Assembly: GCF_006345805.1 (NCBI RefSeq) | Contig: NC_043004.1 | Span: 64,604,001 to 64,668,000, forward strand | Reading direction: 5' to 3' | DNA: 64,000 nucleotides | Origin: Octopus sinensis | Taxonomy: Eukaryota | Part shown: positions 1 through 12,545 of the stretch, one piece after another | Position numbering within the stretch: the stretch's first letter is position 1 | How the letters are laid out: each line of letters opens with the position of its first letter | The notes under the pieces: model-generated | Databases searched by the model: none | What the model was told of the DNA's origin: nothing | Seen by the model: only the letters and a program-made list of their open reading frames with translations | Program-made: the position numbers and the translations under genes

Positions 1-51
1 TATATATATGTATTATATATATATATGTATATATATATGTATATATATATG

Positions 52-100
<49 letters not shown>

Positions 101-106
101 TATATG

Positions 107-156
<50 letters not shown>

Positions 157-176
157 ATGTATATATATTATATATG

Positions 177-213
<37 letters not shown>

Positions 214-244
214 GTATATATTATATATATATGTATATATATAT

Positions 245-304
<60 letters not shown>

Positions 305-487
305 TGTATATATATGGTAGATATATATATATGTATATTATATATATATATATATATGTATTAATATTATATGTATATATATATAGGTATATATATATAT
401 ATGTATATATATATATGTATATATATATATATGTATATATATATATGAATATATGTATATGTATATATATGTATATGTATATATATG

Positions 488-521
<34 letters not shown>

Positions 522-622
522 GTATATATATATATATATATGTATATATATGTATATATATTATAGTGTATATATATGTATATGTAATATATGTATATAT
601 ATGTTATATATATATGTATATA

Positions 623-785
623 CACTCTACATCACGGAGTGGTTGGCGTTGGAAGGGATCCAGCTGTAGAAAACATTGCCAATTAGACTGGAGCCTGGTG
701 CAGCCTTCTGGCTTCCAGAACCCGGTCGAACCGTCCAACCATGCTAGCATGGAGAACGGACGTTAAACGACGATGATGATGATGA
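623..785 (+). mobile_element. RTE-clade LINE 3' UTR/tail fragment ending in (GAT)n
   Basis: GAGTGGTTGGCGTTGGAAGGGATCCAGCTGTAG...CATGCTAGCATGG...CGTTAAACGACGATGATGAT matches the 3' end that is attached to RTE ORF2 sequence at 57652-58350. Confidence 0.8.
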
Positions 786-903
786 TATATATGTATATAT
801 ATATGTATATATATATAATGTATATATATATATGTATATATATAGTATGTATATATATGTACATATATATAATTGTATATATTATATATAGTATATATAT
901 ATG

Positions 904-934
<31 letters not shown>

Positions 935-1039
935 GTATATATATATGTATATGTATAATATGATATGTGTATATATATATATATGTATATATAATAATAT
1001 ATATGTATATATATATATATATGCATATATATATATATG

Positions 1040-1086
<47 letters not shown>

Positions 1087-1345
1087 GTATGTATATATAT
1101 ATATATTGTATATATATATGTATATATATGTATATTATATGTATATGTATATATATATGTATATGTATTATATATATGTATATATGTATATGTATATATA
1201 ATATTATATGTATATATATATGTATATGTATATATATATGTATATGTATATGTATATATATATGTATATATATATGTATATGTATATATATATGATATAT
1301 ATATATATATGCATATATATTATATATATATATGTATATATATAT

Positions 1346-1406
<61 letters not shown>

Positions 1407-1514
1407 TTATATGTATATATATATAATATATATATATATATGTATATATAGATATATATGTATATATATATATAGCATATATATATATATATGTATATAT
1501 ATATGTATATATAT

Positions 1515-1552
<38 letters not shown>

Positions 1553-1751
1553 TATGCATAATATATATATGTATTATATATATATATATATATATATGCA
1601 TATATATATATATATGTAATATATATATGTATATATTGTATATATATAGAGATATGCATATATATATATATATGTATATATATATGCATATATTATATAT
1701 ATATGTATATATATATGTATATGGATATGTATAGAATATATGGTATATATG

Positions 1752-1784
<33 letters not shown>

Positions 1785-2377
1785 GTATATATAATATATA
1801 GTATATATATACATATATAATAATATGTATATATAGGTATATAATAAATATGTATATATATGTATATATATACATATATATATATATGTATATATATGTA
1901 TATATATGTATATATATATATATGTATATATATGTATATATATATGGTATATTATATGTATATATATGTATATATATTATATATGTATATATATGTATAT
2001 ATAATATATATATGTATATATATATGTATATATATATATATAAATATATATATGTATATATATATGTAATATATATAAATAGATATATATGTATATATAT
2101 GTATTTTATACATATAATATATATATGTATATATATGTATATATATATATGATATATATGTATATATATATATATTATATATATATGTATATATATGTAT
2201 ATATATATATATAGAAAATATATATAGATATTATATGTATATATATGTATATATATATGTAATATATATATGTATATATATATGTATATATATGTATATA
2301 TATATATATGTATATATGATGTATATATATATAAAATTATATATATGTATATATATGTATATATATGTATATATATA

Positions 2378-2531
2378 TCATCATCATCGTTTAACCTCCG
2401 CTTTCCATGCTAGCATGGGTTGGACGGTTCAACTGGGGTCTGGCAAGCCCGAAGGCTGCACCAGGCCAGTCAGATCTGGCAGTGTTTCTACAGCTGGATG
2501 CCCTTCCTAATGCCAACCACTCCGAGAGTGT

Positions 2532-2533
<2 letters not shown>
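2378..2533 (-). mobile_element. RTE-clade LINE 3' UTR/tail fragment
   Basis: Reverse-complement copy of the 623-785 tail, with (CAT)n on the left. Confidence 0.8.
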
Positions 2534-2596
<63 letters not shown>

Positions 2597-2598
<2 letters not shown>

Positions 2599-3668
2599 CC
2601 CACAGGGCACTGTCTTGGGGCCACTGATGTTCATAGTGGCCCTTTCAGACATGCCTTCAGTTGCTACGATGACCACCCTTGCTAGCTATGCAGATGACAC
2701 AAAAGTCTCCCACGCAATACAAAACCCTGAAAATATTGCGCATCTGCAACATGAGCTGGACACAATATACAGGTGGGCTGAGGACAACAACATGCAGTTT
2801 AATGCAGGTAATTTCCAGGCCCTGCGCTACTGGCACACAAAGATAAATGACGTGAAGACTGGATACACTGGCCCAGGAAGAATTGCAATCCCTGAGTCAA
2901 AATCAGTGCGTGACCTGGGCATTGACATGAGCAATGATGCATCTTTCCAAATGCATATTGCTAATCCGGTGATAAAATGCAGACGGCTAGCTGGATGGAT
3001 TCTCCGAACTTTCAGAACAAGAGAGAAGGAGACACTGATGGTCCTTAGCCGCTTGGACTACTGCTCCCAACTTTGGTCACCACACAATATAAAACAAACA
3101 GCAGAACTCGAAGCAACTCAGAGAAGCTACACAAAGAAAATCGTCTCAATGCAAAATGTCAGCTACTGGGAAAGACTGAAGGTATTAAACCTCTTCTCCC
3201 TGGAGCGGAGGCGGGAGAGATATGCAGTGATATACATCTGGAAAATCCTGGAGGGTCTTGTCCCAAACTTTGGCATTCAAAGTTACTCCAACCGCAGAAC
3301 GGGGCGCCGCTGCGTGGTGCCAAAGATTCCAACATCACCATCAAAATACAGGTCCAGATACTGCAACAGCTTGGGTTTCAGAGGACCACAGCTCTTTAAC
3401 ATCCTCCCTAAATGCCTGAGAGACTTACATGGTGTGGATGTGGGTTTCTTTAAAACTAAACTGGGTCTCTTCTTGTTGGGAGTCCCAGATGAACCTACCT
3501 CACGACAGGAGACACGGATGCGGGCAGCAGCATCGAACTCCCTTGTTGATCAAGTGCCACGTATCAGAGGTGGATTCACAAATTAGTGTAGCTCATTCAG
3601 TGGTGGTGCCCCAGCATGGCCGCGGGCTTCGGGCTGAAACATTTTTAAGGATTTAAGGATTAAGGAGG
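2597..3668 (+). mobile_element. 5'-truncated CR1-group LINE (RT C-terminal half plus 3' UTR), copy 1
   Basis: ORF 2567-3586 carries the RT motifs PQGTVLGPLMF, YADDTK, RDLGI and LDYCSQLWSP. The 3' end is GGTGGTGCCCCAGCATGGCC...GCTGAAAC followed by a (TTAAGGA)-like tail. Confidence 0.92.
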
Positions 3669-3882
3669 ATGTATATATATATATATATGTATGTATATAT
3701 ATGTATATATATATATATGTATATATATATATGAATATATATATATGTATATATATGTATGTATATATATATATATGTTATATATGTATATATATGTATG
3801 TATATATATATATATGTATATATATGTATATATATATAGATGTATATATATATATCATCATCATCATCATATATATATGTAC

Positions 3883-3918
<36 letters not shown>

Positions 3919-4204
3919 GTATATATATGTATGTATATATATATATATATGATATATATGTATATATATATGTATATATATATATATTATATATATGTAT
4001 ATATATATATGTATATATCTATATATATAATATATATATATGTATATATATATATGTATATATATATATATAGTATATATATATATTATATATATATGTA
4101 TATATATATATGTATATATATATATTATATATAGATATATATATATATATGTATATATATATTATGTATATATATGTATATATATATAATATATATATAT
4201 ATAT

Positions 4205-4275
<71 letters not shown>

Positions 4276-4309
4276 GTATATATATGTATATATATATATG
4301 TATTATATG

Positions 4310-4340
<31 letters not shown>

Positions 4341-4386
4341 TATAGTATATATATATATATGTATATAATATATATATGTATATATG

Positions 4387-4421
<35 letters not shown>

Positions 4422-4970
4422 GTATATATATGTATATTATATATGTATATGTATATATATGTATTATATATATGTATATGTATATATATGTATATATATG
4501 TATATATATGTTATATATATTATATATATATATGTATATGTATTATATATGTATATATATGTATATGTATATAATATATATGTATATGTATATATATGTA
4601 TATATATCTGTATATATATATATGTATATATATGTATATATATATATATGTATATATATGTATATATATGTATATATATATTATATGTATATGTATATAT
4701 ATGTATATATATATATGTATTATGGTATATATATGTATATATATGTATATATATATATATGTATATATATATATGTATATGTATATATATGTATATATAT
4801 GTATATATATATATATGTATATGTATATATATGTATATATATGTATATATATATATGTATATGTATATATATATATGTATATGTATATATATGTATATAT
4901 ATGTATATATATATATGTATATGTATATATATGTATATATATGTATATATATATATGTATATGTATATAT

Positions 4971-6282
4971 GACTGGGTGCTGAAACAACTGCTCAACCAC
5001 TCAAATGTGGAAGTCATATATCTCGACTTCGCAAAGGCCTTCGATAAAGTCGATCATGGAATGATATGTCACAAACTGCGTGATCTTGGCATAGTTGGAA
5101 AACTAACGAGAATGGCTTCACGACTTTCTGAAGAATAGAAGTCAGGTGGTAGTAGCCAATGGGGCCACTTCCATTAGCACGCAAATAGTGAGCGGTGTTC
5201 CACAGGGCACTGTTTTGGGACCACTACTGTTCATAATGGCCCTCTCAGACATGCCCTCAGCCACGCGGAGAGCCACGATCACAAGTTATGCAGATGATAC
5301 AAAAGTTTCACAGGCAATACAGAACCCTGAAGACACTAGGCACCTGCAATATGAGCTGGACGAAATATACAAGTGGGCTGAAAAGAATAGCATGCAGTTC
5401 AATGCTGAAAAGTTTCAAGCTTTATACTATCAGCATGCAAACTGAATGCAATACCCAAGGAATACACTGGACCCGGAGGGATTGCAATCCCAGAGGCACA
5501 ATCAGTGCGTGACCTGGGTATTCACATGAGTGATGACGCGACCTTTCATGTACATGTTGCTAAACTGACAATGAAATGCAGACGGCTGGCTGGATGGATT
5601 CTTAGAACCTTTAGAACAAGAGAACAAGAAACCATGATGGTCCTCTGGAAGACACTTGTCCTAAGTCACTTTGACTATTGCTCTCAGCTATGGTCACCAT
5701 CCAGTGTCAAGTTGATCACAGAACTTGAGGCGATCCAACGAAGCTACACGAAGAGATAGCCTCTATGCAGAATATAAGCTACTGGGAAAGACTCAAGAGA
5801 TTAAAATTATATTCTCTGGAGCGTAGGGGGAAAGATATGCCATAATATACATCTGGAAGATCCTGGAGGGAAGTGTCCTGAACTTTGGCATCGAGAGTTA
5901 CGCAAACGCCAGAACTGGGCGCCACTGCGTGGTGCCTAGGACTCCAAACTTGCCATCAAGATGTAGGACAAGATTCTGTGATAGCCTGGGCTTCCGAGGC
6001 CCACAGCTCTTCAATATCCTCCCGATGAACCTGAGAGACCTGCATGGGGTGGATACAGATGTCTTTAAAATGGAGCTGGATCTCTTCCTGTCAGTGTCCC
6101 AGATGAACCAACTTCACAGCAGGAGGGGCAGATGAGGGCAGCTGCATCGAACTCTCTCATGCACCAAATAGCAGTTGCTAGAAAGCCTCCATGAAGTGAA
6201 CCAAGTAGCAACACCAAATGGCGGTGCCCCAGCATGGCCACAGCTCATAAGCTGAAACTGGAATCAATCAATCAATCAATCA
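4971..6282 (+). mobile_element. 5'-truncated, frameshifted CR1-group LINE, copy 2
   Basis: [13 protein letters not shown] (ORF 4596-5138), PQGTVLGPLLF and YADD (5146-5445), RDLGI...FDYCSQLWSP (5505-5759). Same 3' motif as copy 1, then an (AATC)n tail. Confidence 0.92.
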
Positions 6283-6438
6283 TATGTATGTATGTATATA
6301 TGTATATGTATGTATATATGTATATGTATATATATGTATATATGTATATGTATGTATATGTATATATATGTATATATGTATATGTATATATATGTATATA
6401 TAATATATATGTATATATATATGTATATATATATAATA

Positions 6439-6471
<33 letters not shown>

Positions 6472-6510
6472 ATAATATGTATATATATATATATGTATTA
6501 TATATATATG

Positions 6511-6547
<37 letters not shown>

Positions 6548-6713
6548 CGTATATATATGTATATGTATATATATATGTATATGTATATATATATGTATAT
6601 GTATATATATATATGTATTATATATATGTATGTATATATATATGTATATGTATATATAATATATGATATATATATGTATGTATATATATATGTATGTATA
6701 TATATATATATGC

Positions 6714-6765
<52 letters not shown>

Positions 6766-6848
6766 GTATGTATATATATGTATTATATATATGTATCTAT
6801 ATATATGTATTAATATATATGTATATTATATATGTATATATATATATG

Positions 6849-6882
<34 letters not shown>

Positions 6883-6898
6883 TGTATGTATATATATG

Positions 6899-6930
<32 letters not shown>

Positions 6931-6956
6931 ATATATATATATGTATGTATATATAT

Positions 6957-7089
6957 AATCAAAACATAAAAATTTTAATATAAAGTAAATAAATAAATAA
7001 ATAAGTAAATAAATAAATAAATAAATAAATATTTATTTATTTACTTATTTATTTATTTACTTTATATTAAAATTTTTTATGTATTGATT
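6957..7089. repeat. AT-rich near-perfect inverted repeat (fold-back) centred near 7030
   Basis: AATCAAAACATAAAAATTTTAATATAAAGTAAAT...(AAAT)n is mirrored by (ATTT)n...ATTTACTTTATATTAAAATTTTTTATGTATTGATT. Confidence 0.85.
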
Positions 7090-7348
7090 CAGTCTTCCTT
7101 GTTTGATTGCAAAATAGTGGTTTTGTCTCGAATTAATATTATATAATATTTTACTATAAAATTGGATTAATCTAAATCTGATTTTTTCCCTGTATTTTGG
7201 ATTTATTCCCTAATATTATAATATTCTATATATATATAATATATATATATATATAATATATATATATACATATATAATATATATATATACATATATATAT
7301 ACATACATATATATACATATATATACATAATATATATACATATATATA

Positions 7349-7404
<56 letters not shown>

Positions 7405-7421
7405 ATAATACAATTACAAAA

Positions 7422-7574
7422 GATACAGTGACTGATCCATCTTCATATTTTTTTCTTGTAATTTTATTTTCACTGTTAATTAAACCGGATAATTGGTCAT
7501 ATTAACCAATTTTGCTTTATAACTAACTGGAAAAATTAAAAGAAAAATTTGAAGATGGATCAGTCTCTGTATTC
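7422..7574. repeat. Inverted repeat with ~35 bp arms and ~82 bp spacer
   Basis: GATACAGTGACTGATCCATCTTCATATTTTTTTCTT (7422-7457) versus AAGAAAAATTTGAAGATGGATCAGTCTCTGTATTC (7540-7574). Confidence 0.75.
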
Positions 7575-7784
7575 TTTGGATTTCCACTCCTGAAAATATT
7601 CAGTCAAGCGAACCCAGGATTTACCCAGCAGAAGAATTACTGTGGGATTGCTCACCTGAAGTAATTCTAGGTGTCCCTTGCTATTTGATGCAGTTAGCCT
7701 GAACCTTGACTATACCTGAGTGCTTGTATAGCCTGGAAATAATCTATCCCTATATACTCACTCATATATATATATATATATATT

Positions 7785-7848
7785 ATCGTCGTCATCAACA
7801 TTTAACGTCCACTTTGCATGCTCGCATGGGTTAGACGATTTCAAGTTG
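7785..7848 (-). mobile_element. Short RTE 3' tail stub
   Basis: CATCAACATTTAACGTCCACTTTGCATGCTCGCATGGGTTAGACG matches the RTE tail. Confidence 0.65.
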
Positions 7849-8325
7849 AATATGGATCAGAACGAGTGAACCCTATAAAATGTCGTATAAACTGGACACA
7901 GGTTAGAGCTTGATTAACTCTGGTTAGGTTACCTGGGTGGCAATGTCTGCTTGCTGAAAGACCTGATACATCCAATGACCCAAAGAAATATTACTGACGA
8001 TGCATCGAGGTACATCACAGGATGATGTATGGAAAAATAAGGAAATTGTAAGTATTAGGTTGGGAACTGACCTCGCAAATAATGGACAATAACACATAAA
8101 TAAAACACCTGAAGATCTAAGATTTGGTTCATGGCAGCAGAATTGGTAGACCATTGTACAAAATACAATATGGTATTTATTTAGATTCTTTTCATTCATT
8201 CTGAGTTTCACCGCTTCATTCATCTGAAGTTAATAAGAAAATTACCAGAAAAACACTGGTCAATTTAATGGTTTCCTGACATAATTTCTCATGAAATACA
8301 CTGTTCCTGTATAATAAACAACAGC

Positions 8326-9190
8326 ACAACACAACGGTGACTATACAACACAACGGTGACTATACAACACAACGGTAACTATACAACACAACGGTGACTA
8401 TACAACACAACGGGACTATACAACACAACGGTAAACATACAACAAAACGGTAACTATACAACACAACGGTAACTATACAACACAACGGTAAATATAAAAA
8501 CAACGGTAACTATACAACACAACGGTGACTATACAAACAACGGTGACTATACAAACAACGGTGACTATACAACACAACGGTAACTATACAACACAACGGT
8601 AACTATACAACACAACGGTAACTATACAACACAACGGTGACTATACAACACAACAGTGACTATACAACACAACGGTAACTATACAACACAACGGTAACTA
8701 TACAACACAACGGTGACTATACAACACAACGGTGACTATACAACACAACGGTGACTATACAACACAACGGTGACTATACAACACAACGGTAACTATACAA
8801 CACAACGGTGACTATACAACACAACGGTGACTATACAACACAACGGTGACTATACAACACAACGGTAACTATACAACACAACGGTAACTATACAACACAA
8901 CGGTGACTATACAACACAACGGTGACTATACAACACAACGGTAACTATACAGTACATTACTAACTATATACAACAGGACAGAAACTACATGACAATAACT
9001 ATACAACACATTAGTAAACTGTACAGCAGACTAGTAACTATACAATACTATAGAAACTATACAACACAATAGAAACTGTACAATATGACAATAACTATAC
9101 AACACAGTAAACTGTACAGCATACTAGTAACTATACAATAGTATAGAACATATACAACAGAACCTGTACAATGTTGCAGTAACTATACAA
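8326..9190 (+). repeat. 19-bp minisatellite (CAACGGTRACTATACAACA)n, ~33 homogeneous units then degenerate
   Basis: Clear 19-bp period from 8326 to about 8950 with G/A variant units; decayed units continue to about 9190. Confidence 0.95.
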
Positions 9191-9535
9191 CAAATTAAAT
9201 CCTTTTCTGATCAAATTTGTAATGAAATACTCAGCTTCTGTGTTTTAATTAATTATGGAAATGGCCTAGAATTTGTAGTGATTCAGTGAAATAATTAACT
9301 TTGATATTTTTAATTAAACAAGTCCATGGAATATAAATGAACAAAGTATAAAATTAAAATGGAAGGTTTTAATTTTAATAAGAACAGTTTAGAATGGTAG
9401 TTCTTGGACTGGAGAACCTGGGGTAGTCTCAGAGGATGCTAGTATCAAAAGGGCTCGTTCAACCACACTTTGACCCCATTAAATCCCCACTAGCCTCAAA
9501 GTTATGGTTTTGCGGTTGCTTTGAACATAATAGCC

Positions 9536-9885
9536 ACAGGCATGGCTGTGTCGTTAAAATACTCAGTTTGCAATCATGTGGTTTGGGATTCAGTCCCACT
9601 GTACAGCATCTTTGGCAAGTGACTTCTACAGCAGCTCTGGACTGACCGATGCCTTGTGAGTAGATGGAACCTGTGTGAAAGACCATCATATATTTGTGTG
9701 TGTGTATGTTTGTCCCCCATCACTGCCCGACAACTAGTGTTGGTTTGTTTATGTCTCCATAATGAAAGACCAATAGAATATGTATGAGATTTAAAGTACA
9801 AGAACTGGGGTTGATTTATTTGACTAAACCCTTTAAGGTGGTGCCCCAGCTTGCCATAGTCCAATGGCATAAACAAGTAAAAGGT
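9536..9885 (+). mobile_element. tRNA-derived SINE, family A
   Basis: A-box-like TGGCTGTGTCG, B-box-like GGGATTCAGTCCC, internal (TG)n, and the GGTGGTGCCCCAGC...AACAAGTAAAA tail. Confidence 0.85.
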
Positions 9886-10017
9886 AGATGTTTACATTAA
9901 TCCTTCAACATCTTCTGAAAGAGCTCTTATAAATTCTCAAGAACCATTTCTTCCATATCCACCCAATTTCCTTCACCAACTTCTCTTATCAATCTTCGCC
10001 ATGTTTCACTTTTGGTC

Positions 10018-10054
<37 letters not shown>

Positions 10055-10055
<1 letters not shown>

Positions 10056-10175
10056 GGTGATGAACTGGCAGAATTGTAAGAACGCCAGGCAAAATGCTTT
10101 GCAGCATTTTATCCATCTTTGCATTCTGAGTTCAAATGCTGCTAGGATCAACTTTGCCTTTCATCCTTTTGGTGC
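10055..10175 (+). mobile_element. Nin/Deu-domain SINE fragment
   Basis: Head TGGCAGAATTG...TCTGAGTTCAAAT and core TTTGCCTTTCATCCTTT, preceded by (TTA)n. Confidence 0.75.
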
Positions 10176-10980
10176 CCCCCCCCCCTGCCACACACACACA
10201 CACTCTGGGCTGTTTTTTCTGCTTCTCTCAAAGAACTGGAATTTATTTATTTGATCAAACCCTTTAAGGTGGCGCCCCAGTTTGTCACAGTCCACTGACA
10301 AGAACAAGTAAAAGGTAAAAGTTTACATTAATCCTTCAACATCTTCTGGAAGTTAAGGGTTCTTATGATCTTCCAAGAACCATTTCTTTCATATCCATCC
10401 AATTTCATTCTCCAGAGACATAAGGCTTCTTTTCTTTTCCAGCTCTGTGCAGCTTTCTTTCAAATTTTTTTCTGCTCCATGTCACATATTTCCCCGTGAG
10501 AAGGCTTTTCTTTCATTGGTCTTGGTTTTAAATTGTCATCAATGCTCCTGTAACTTTGTTTACCTTTTTCTGTCTAGGAATATTGGCCCTACACAAACCC
10601 ATTTCTACCTCTGGGTAAAAGAGATGATCCATATTAGTCTGGCCTCTGTCCTTTCACCTGTCCAACATGGGAGGCCCTCCCTGGAACTTACTCGCCACTG
10701 ACATATCTGTCAGGATCATTAAGGCATACAAGCCACCACATCACATCAAAGATTGGACTTTATGCTGGATGTGTACTCTTCTACACTTAATAAATTGGTC
10801 AATCTAACCCACTCTAAACTTTCTCCCAAAACACATAATGTTCCCTTTATGTTAGCACTGGACCTCCCTACTCAACTCTTTCACCACAAAAGCATATACC
10901 CCACTTCTATATTAGTAATGGACTTTCCAAGTCCACTACTCTCTCTTTCTAAAAGCATACACCCTCTCCTCATATTAATA

Positions 10981-12545
10981 ATAAATAATAATAATAATGA
11001 AATTATTGTATACAGTGCTCAGGTGCACCACAACTTGTCAGAGTATATGCAGTAATGTACAAATGTCTGGAAAGCGAACAATGCATGAGTCAGATACATG
11101 CTTGTGTGTGTATGGAGGGGAGAAAATCAGGTGTAGTGTTGGCGAATCTCAGAAAGCATGGAAGTTTTGAAGGATGCAGTGCTCCGACAACTAACAACTG
11201 ATGCCGGCAGTTTGTTCCATGCTTCAGCAACTTTCAGCGTGAAAAAATGTTTCCTGAATTCATGGGAGCTGTGCTGTTTTCTGACTTTGTAAATATGTCC
11301 ACGGGTGTTAGATGGGTGGAGTTTGAAAAGGTGCTCAGAGTTATTGTTTGTACGATGGTTGATAATTTTATGGGTGTCTGCCAAGTCAGCTGCCAGACGT
11401 CGGAGTTTCAATGTGTCCATGCCCAGGGAAGTAAGGCATTCAGGATATGGCAAATGGCTGATGGAGGGTATTCTTTTGGTTGCACGTTGCTGAACGGCTT
11501 CCAGACAATTGATATCCTGGGCAAGATAGGGGTTCCAGACCGGTGATGCAAATTCCAGGTGAGGTCTTACCATAGCTATATAAAGCCACAGATAGATAGC
11601 CGGAGAGCGGCTCACAAAGGATTTGGTGAGTGATGCCAAGACACCCTCAGCCTTCTTGACAATTTTAGCGATGTGTTTTGTCCAACGCAAATCACTGTCG
11701 ACAATAACACCCAGGTCACGTTCACATGAAGACTTTTTGAGACTAGTGTTGTGGAGGGAGTAGGTGGACGCTGGGTTTCTCCTCCCAAAACGCATGGTGG
11801 TACATTTGTCCACAGCCAGCTTGAGTTGCCAGTCCATGATCCACTGCTGCATTGTGTCCAGGTCTGCCAGCAATAGAGATCTATAGTGTACAGGATCTGA
11901 CCTCTTTATTTCAAGGTACAGCTTGATGTCATCTGCATATTTCAGCACTGTGGCATTCTTTAAGTTGGCATCTATGTCATTAACATATGCAACAAATAAA
12001 AGGGAGCCAAGAACAGATCCCTGTGGGTACACCAGATGTCATCTCAGAGGGCGAAGAGTGTTGTCCTAGAACTGTGACAACCTCTTTTTGGCCAAAAATA
12101 AAGGACTTCAACCAGTTATAGAGTTCGTCTCTTACGCCCAACGCAGAGAGATTCACTATAAGTCTTTTGTGTGGCACAGAGTTAAAAGCCTTAGCAAAGT
12201 TCAGGTAAACAACATCCACCCAGGATCCGCGATCAGTGATTTGGGTAACGTCCTCAAGAAACTCGAAGAGTTGATTACAGCAGCTGGAGTTAGGAATAAA
12301 TCCAAATTGTGACGGCTGGATGAGGCTGTGAGACTTCCAGAAGTTCTAGAGGGTTTCTCTGATACAGGATTCCATCAGTTTGGCGATGCAGCTAGTAAGA
12401 CTAATGGGGCGATAGTTGACAGGCGATGTGCAGTCGCCTTTTTTGAACAGAAGGATAACACTGGCAGTTTTCCACTGTTCTAGAGTAACACCATTGTCAA
12501 GACAGAATTGGAAGAATAGAGAAAGTTGGCTTAGAGTAATGGACC
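10981..12545 (-). mobile_element. 5'-truncated CR1-clade LINE with (ATT)n tail
   Basis: ORF 11127-12032 (PQGSVLGSLLF, YADD, RDLGV, HLEFASPVWNP). Upstream frameshifted part VVYLNFAKAFNSVPH (11980-12219), and FKKGD...NYRPISLTS read from about 12400-12470. (AAT)n at 10981-10998. Confidence 0.93.

Larger units (their letters stand above)
1..6960. repeat. Compound (TA)n/TATG microsatellite mega-array with embedded retroelements
   Basis: Almost pure TA dinucleotide run with regular G interruptions on the + strand. It produces the YI/IY ORFs. Interrupted by inserts at about 623-785, 2378-2533, 2597-3668 and 4971-6282. Confidence 0.97.

Noticed and set aside
2567-3586. 339-aa ORF (and the 301-aa ORF at 11127-12032) as host genes
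   Set aside because: Both are 5'-truncated LINE RT fragments lacking the endonuclease and N-terminal RT; the first ATG lies in microsatellite sequence.
25-6983. Long YI/IY/MYI ORFs, and similar HT/CV/poly-I/N/H ORFs throughout the window
   Set aside because: They are translations of TA, CA, AAT and CAT microsatellites, which lack stop codons.
7588-7620. CTGAAAA-T-ATTC-AGTC-AAGC-GAAC as a decayed hammerhead
   Set aside because: It needs several substitutions and lacks helix I and the UH site.
8326-8950. Regular array as a CRISPR locus
   Set aside because: Contiguous 19-bp units without unique spacers, in eukaryotic DNA with no cas genes.
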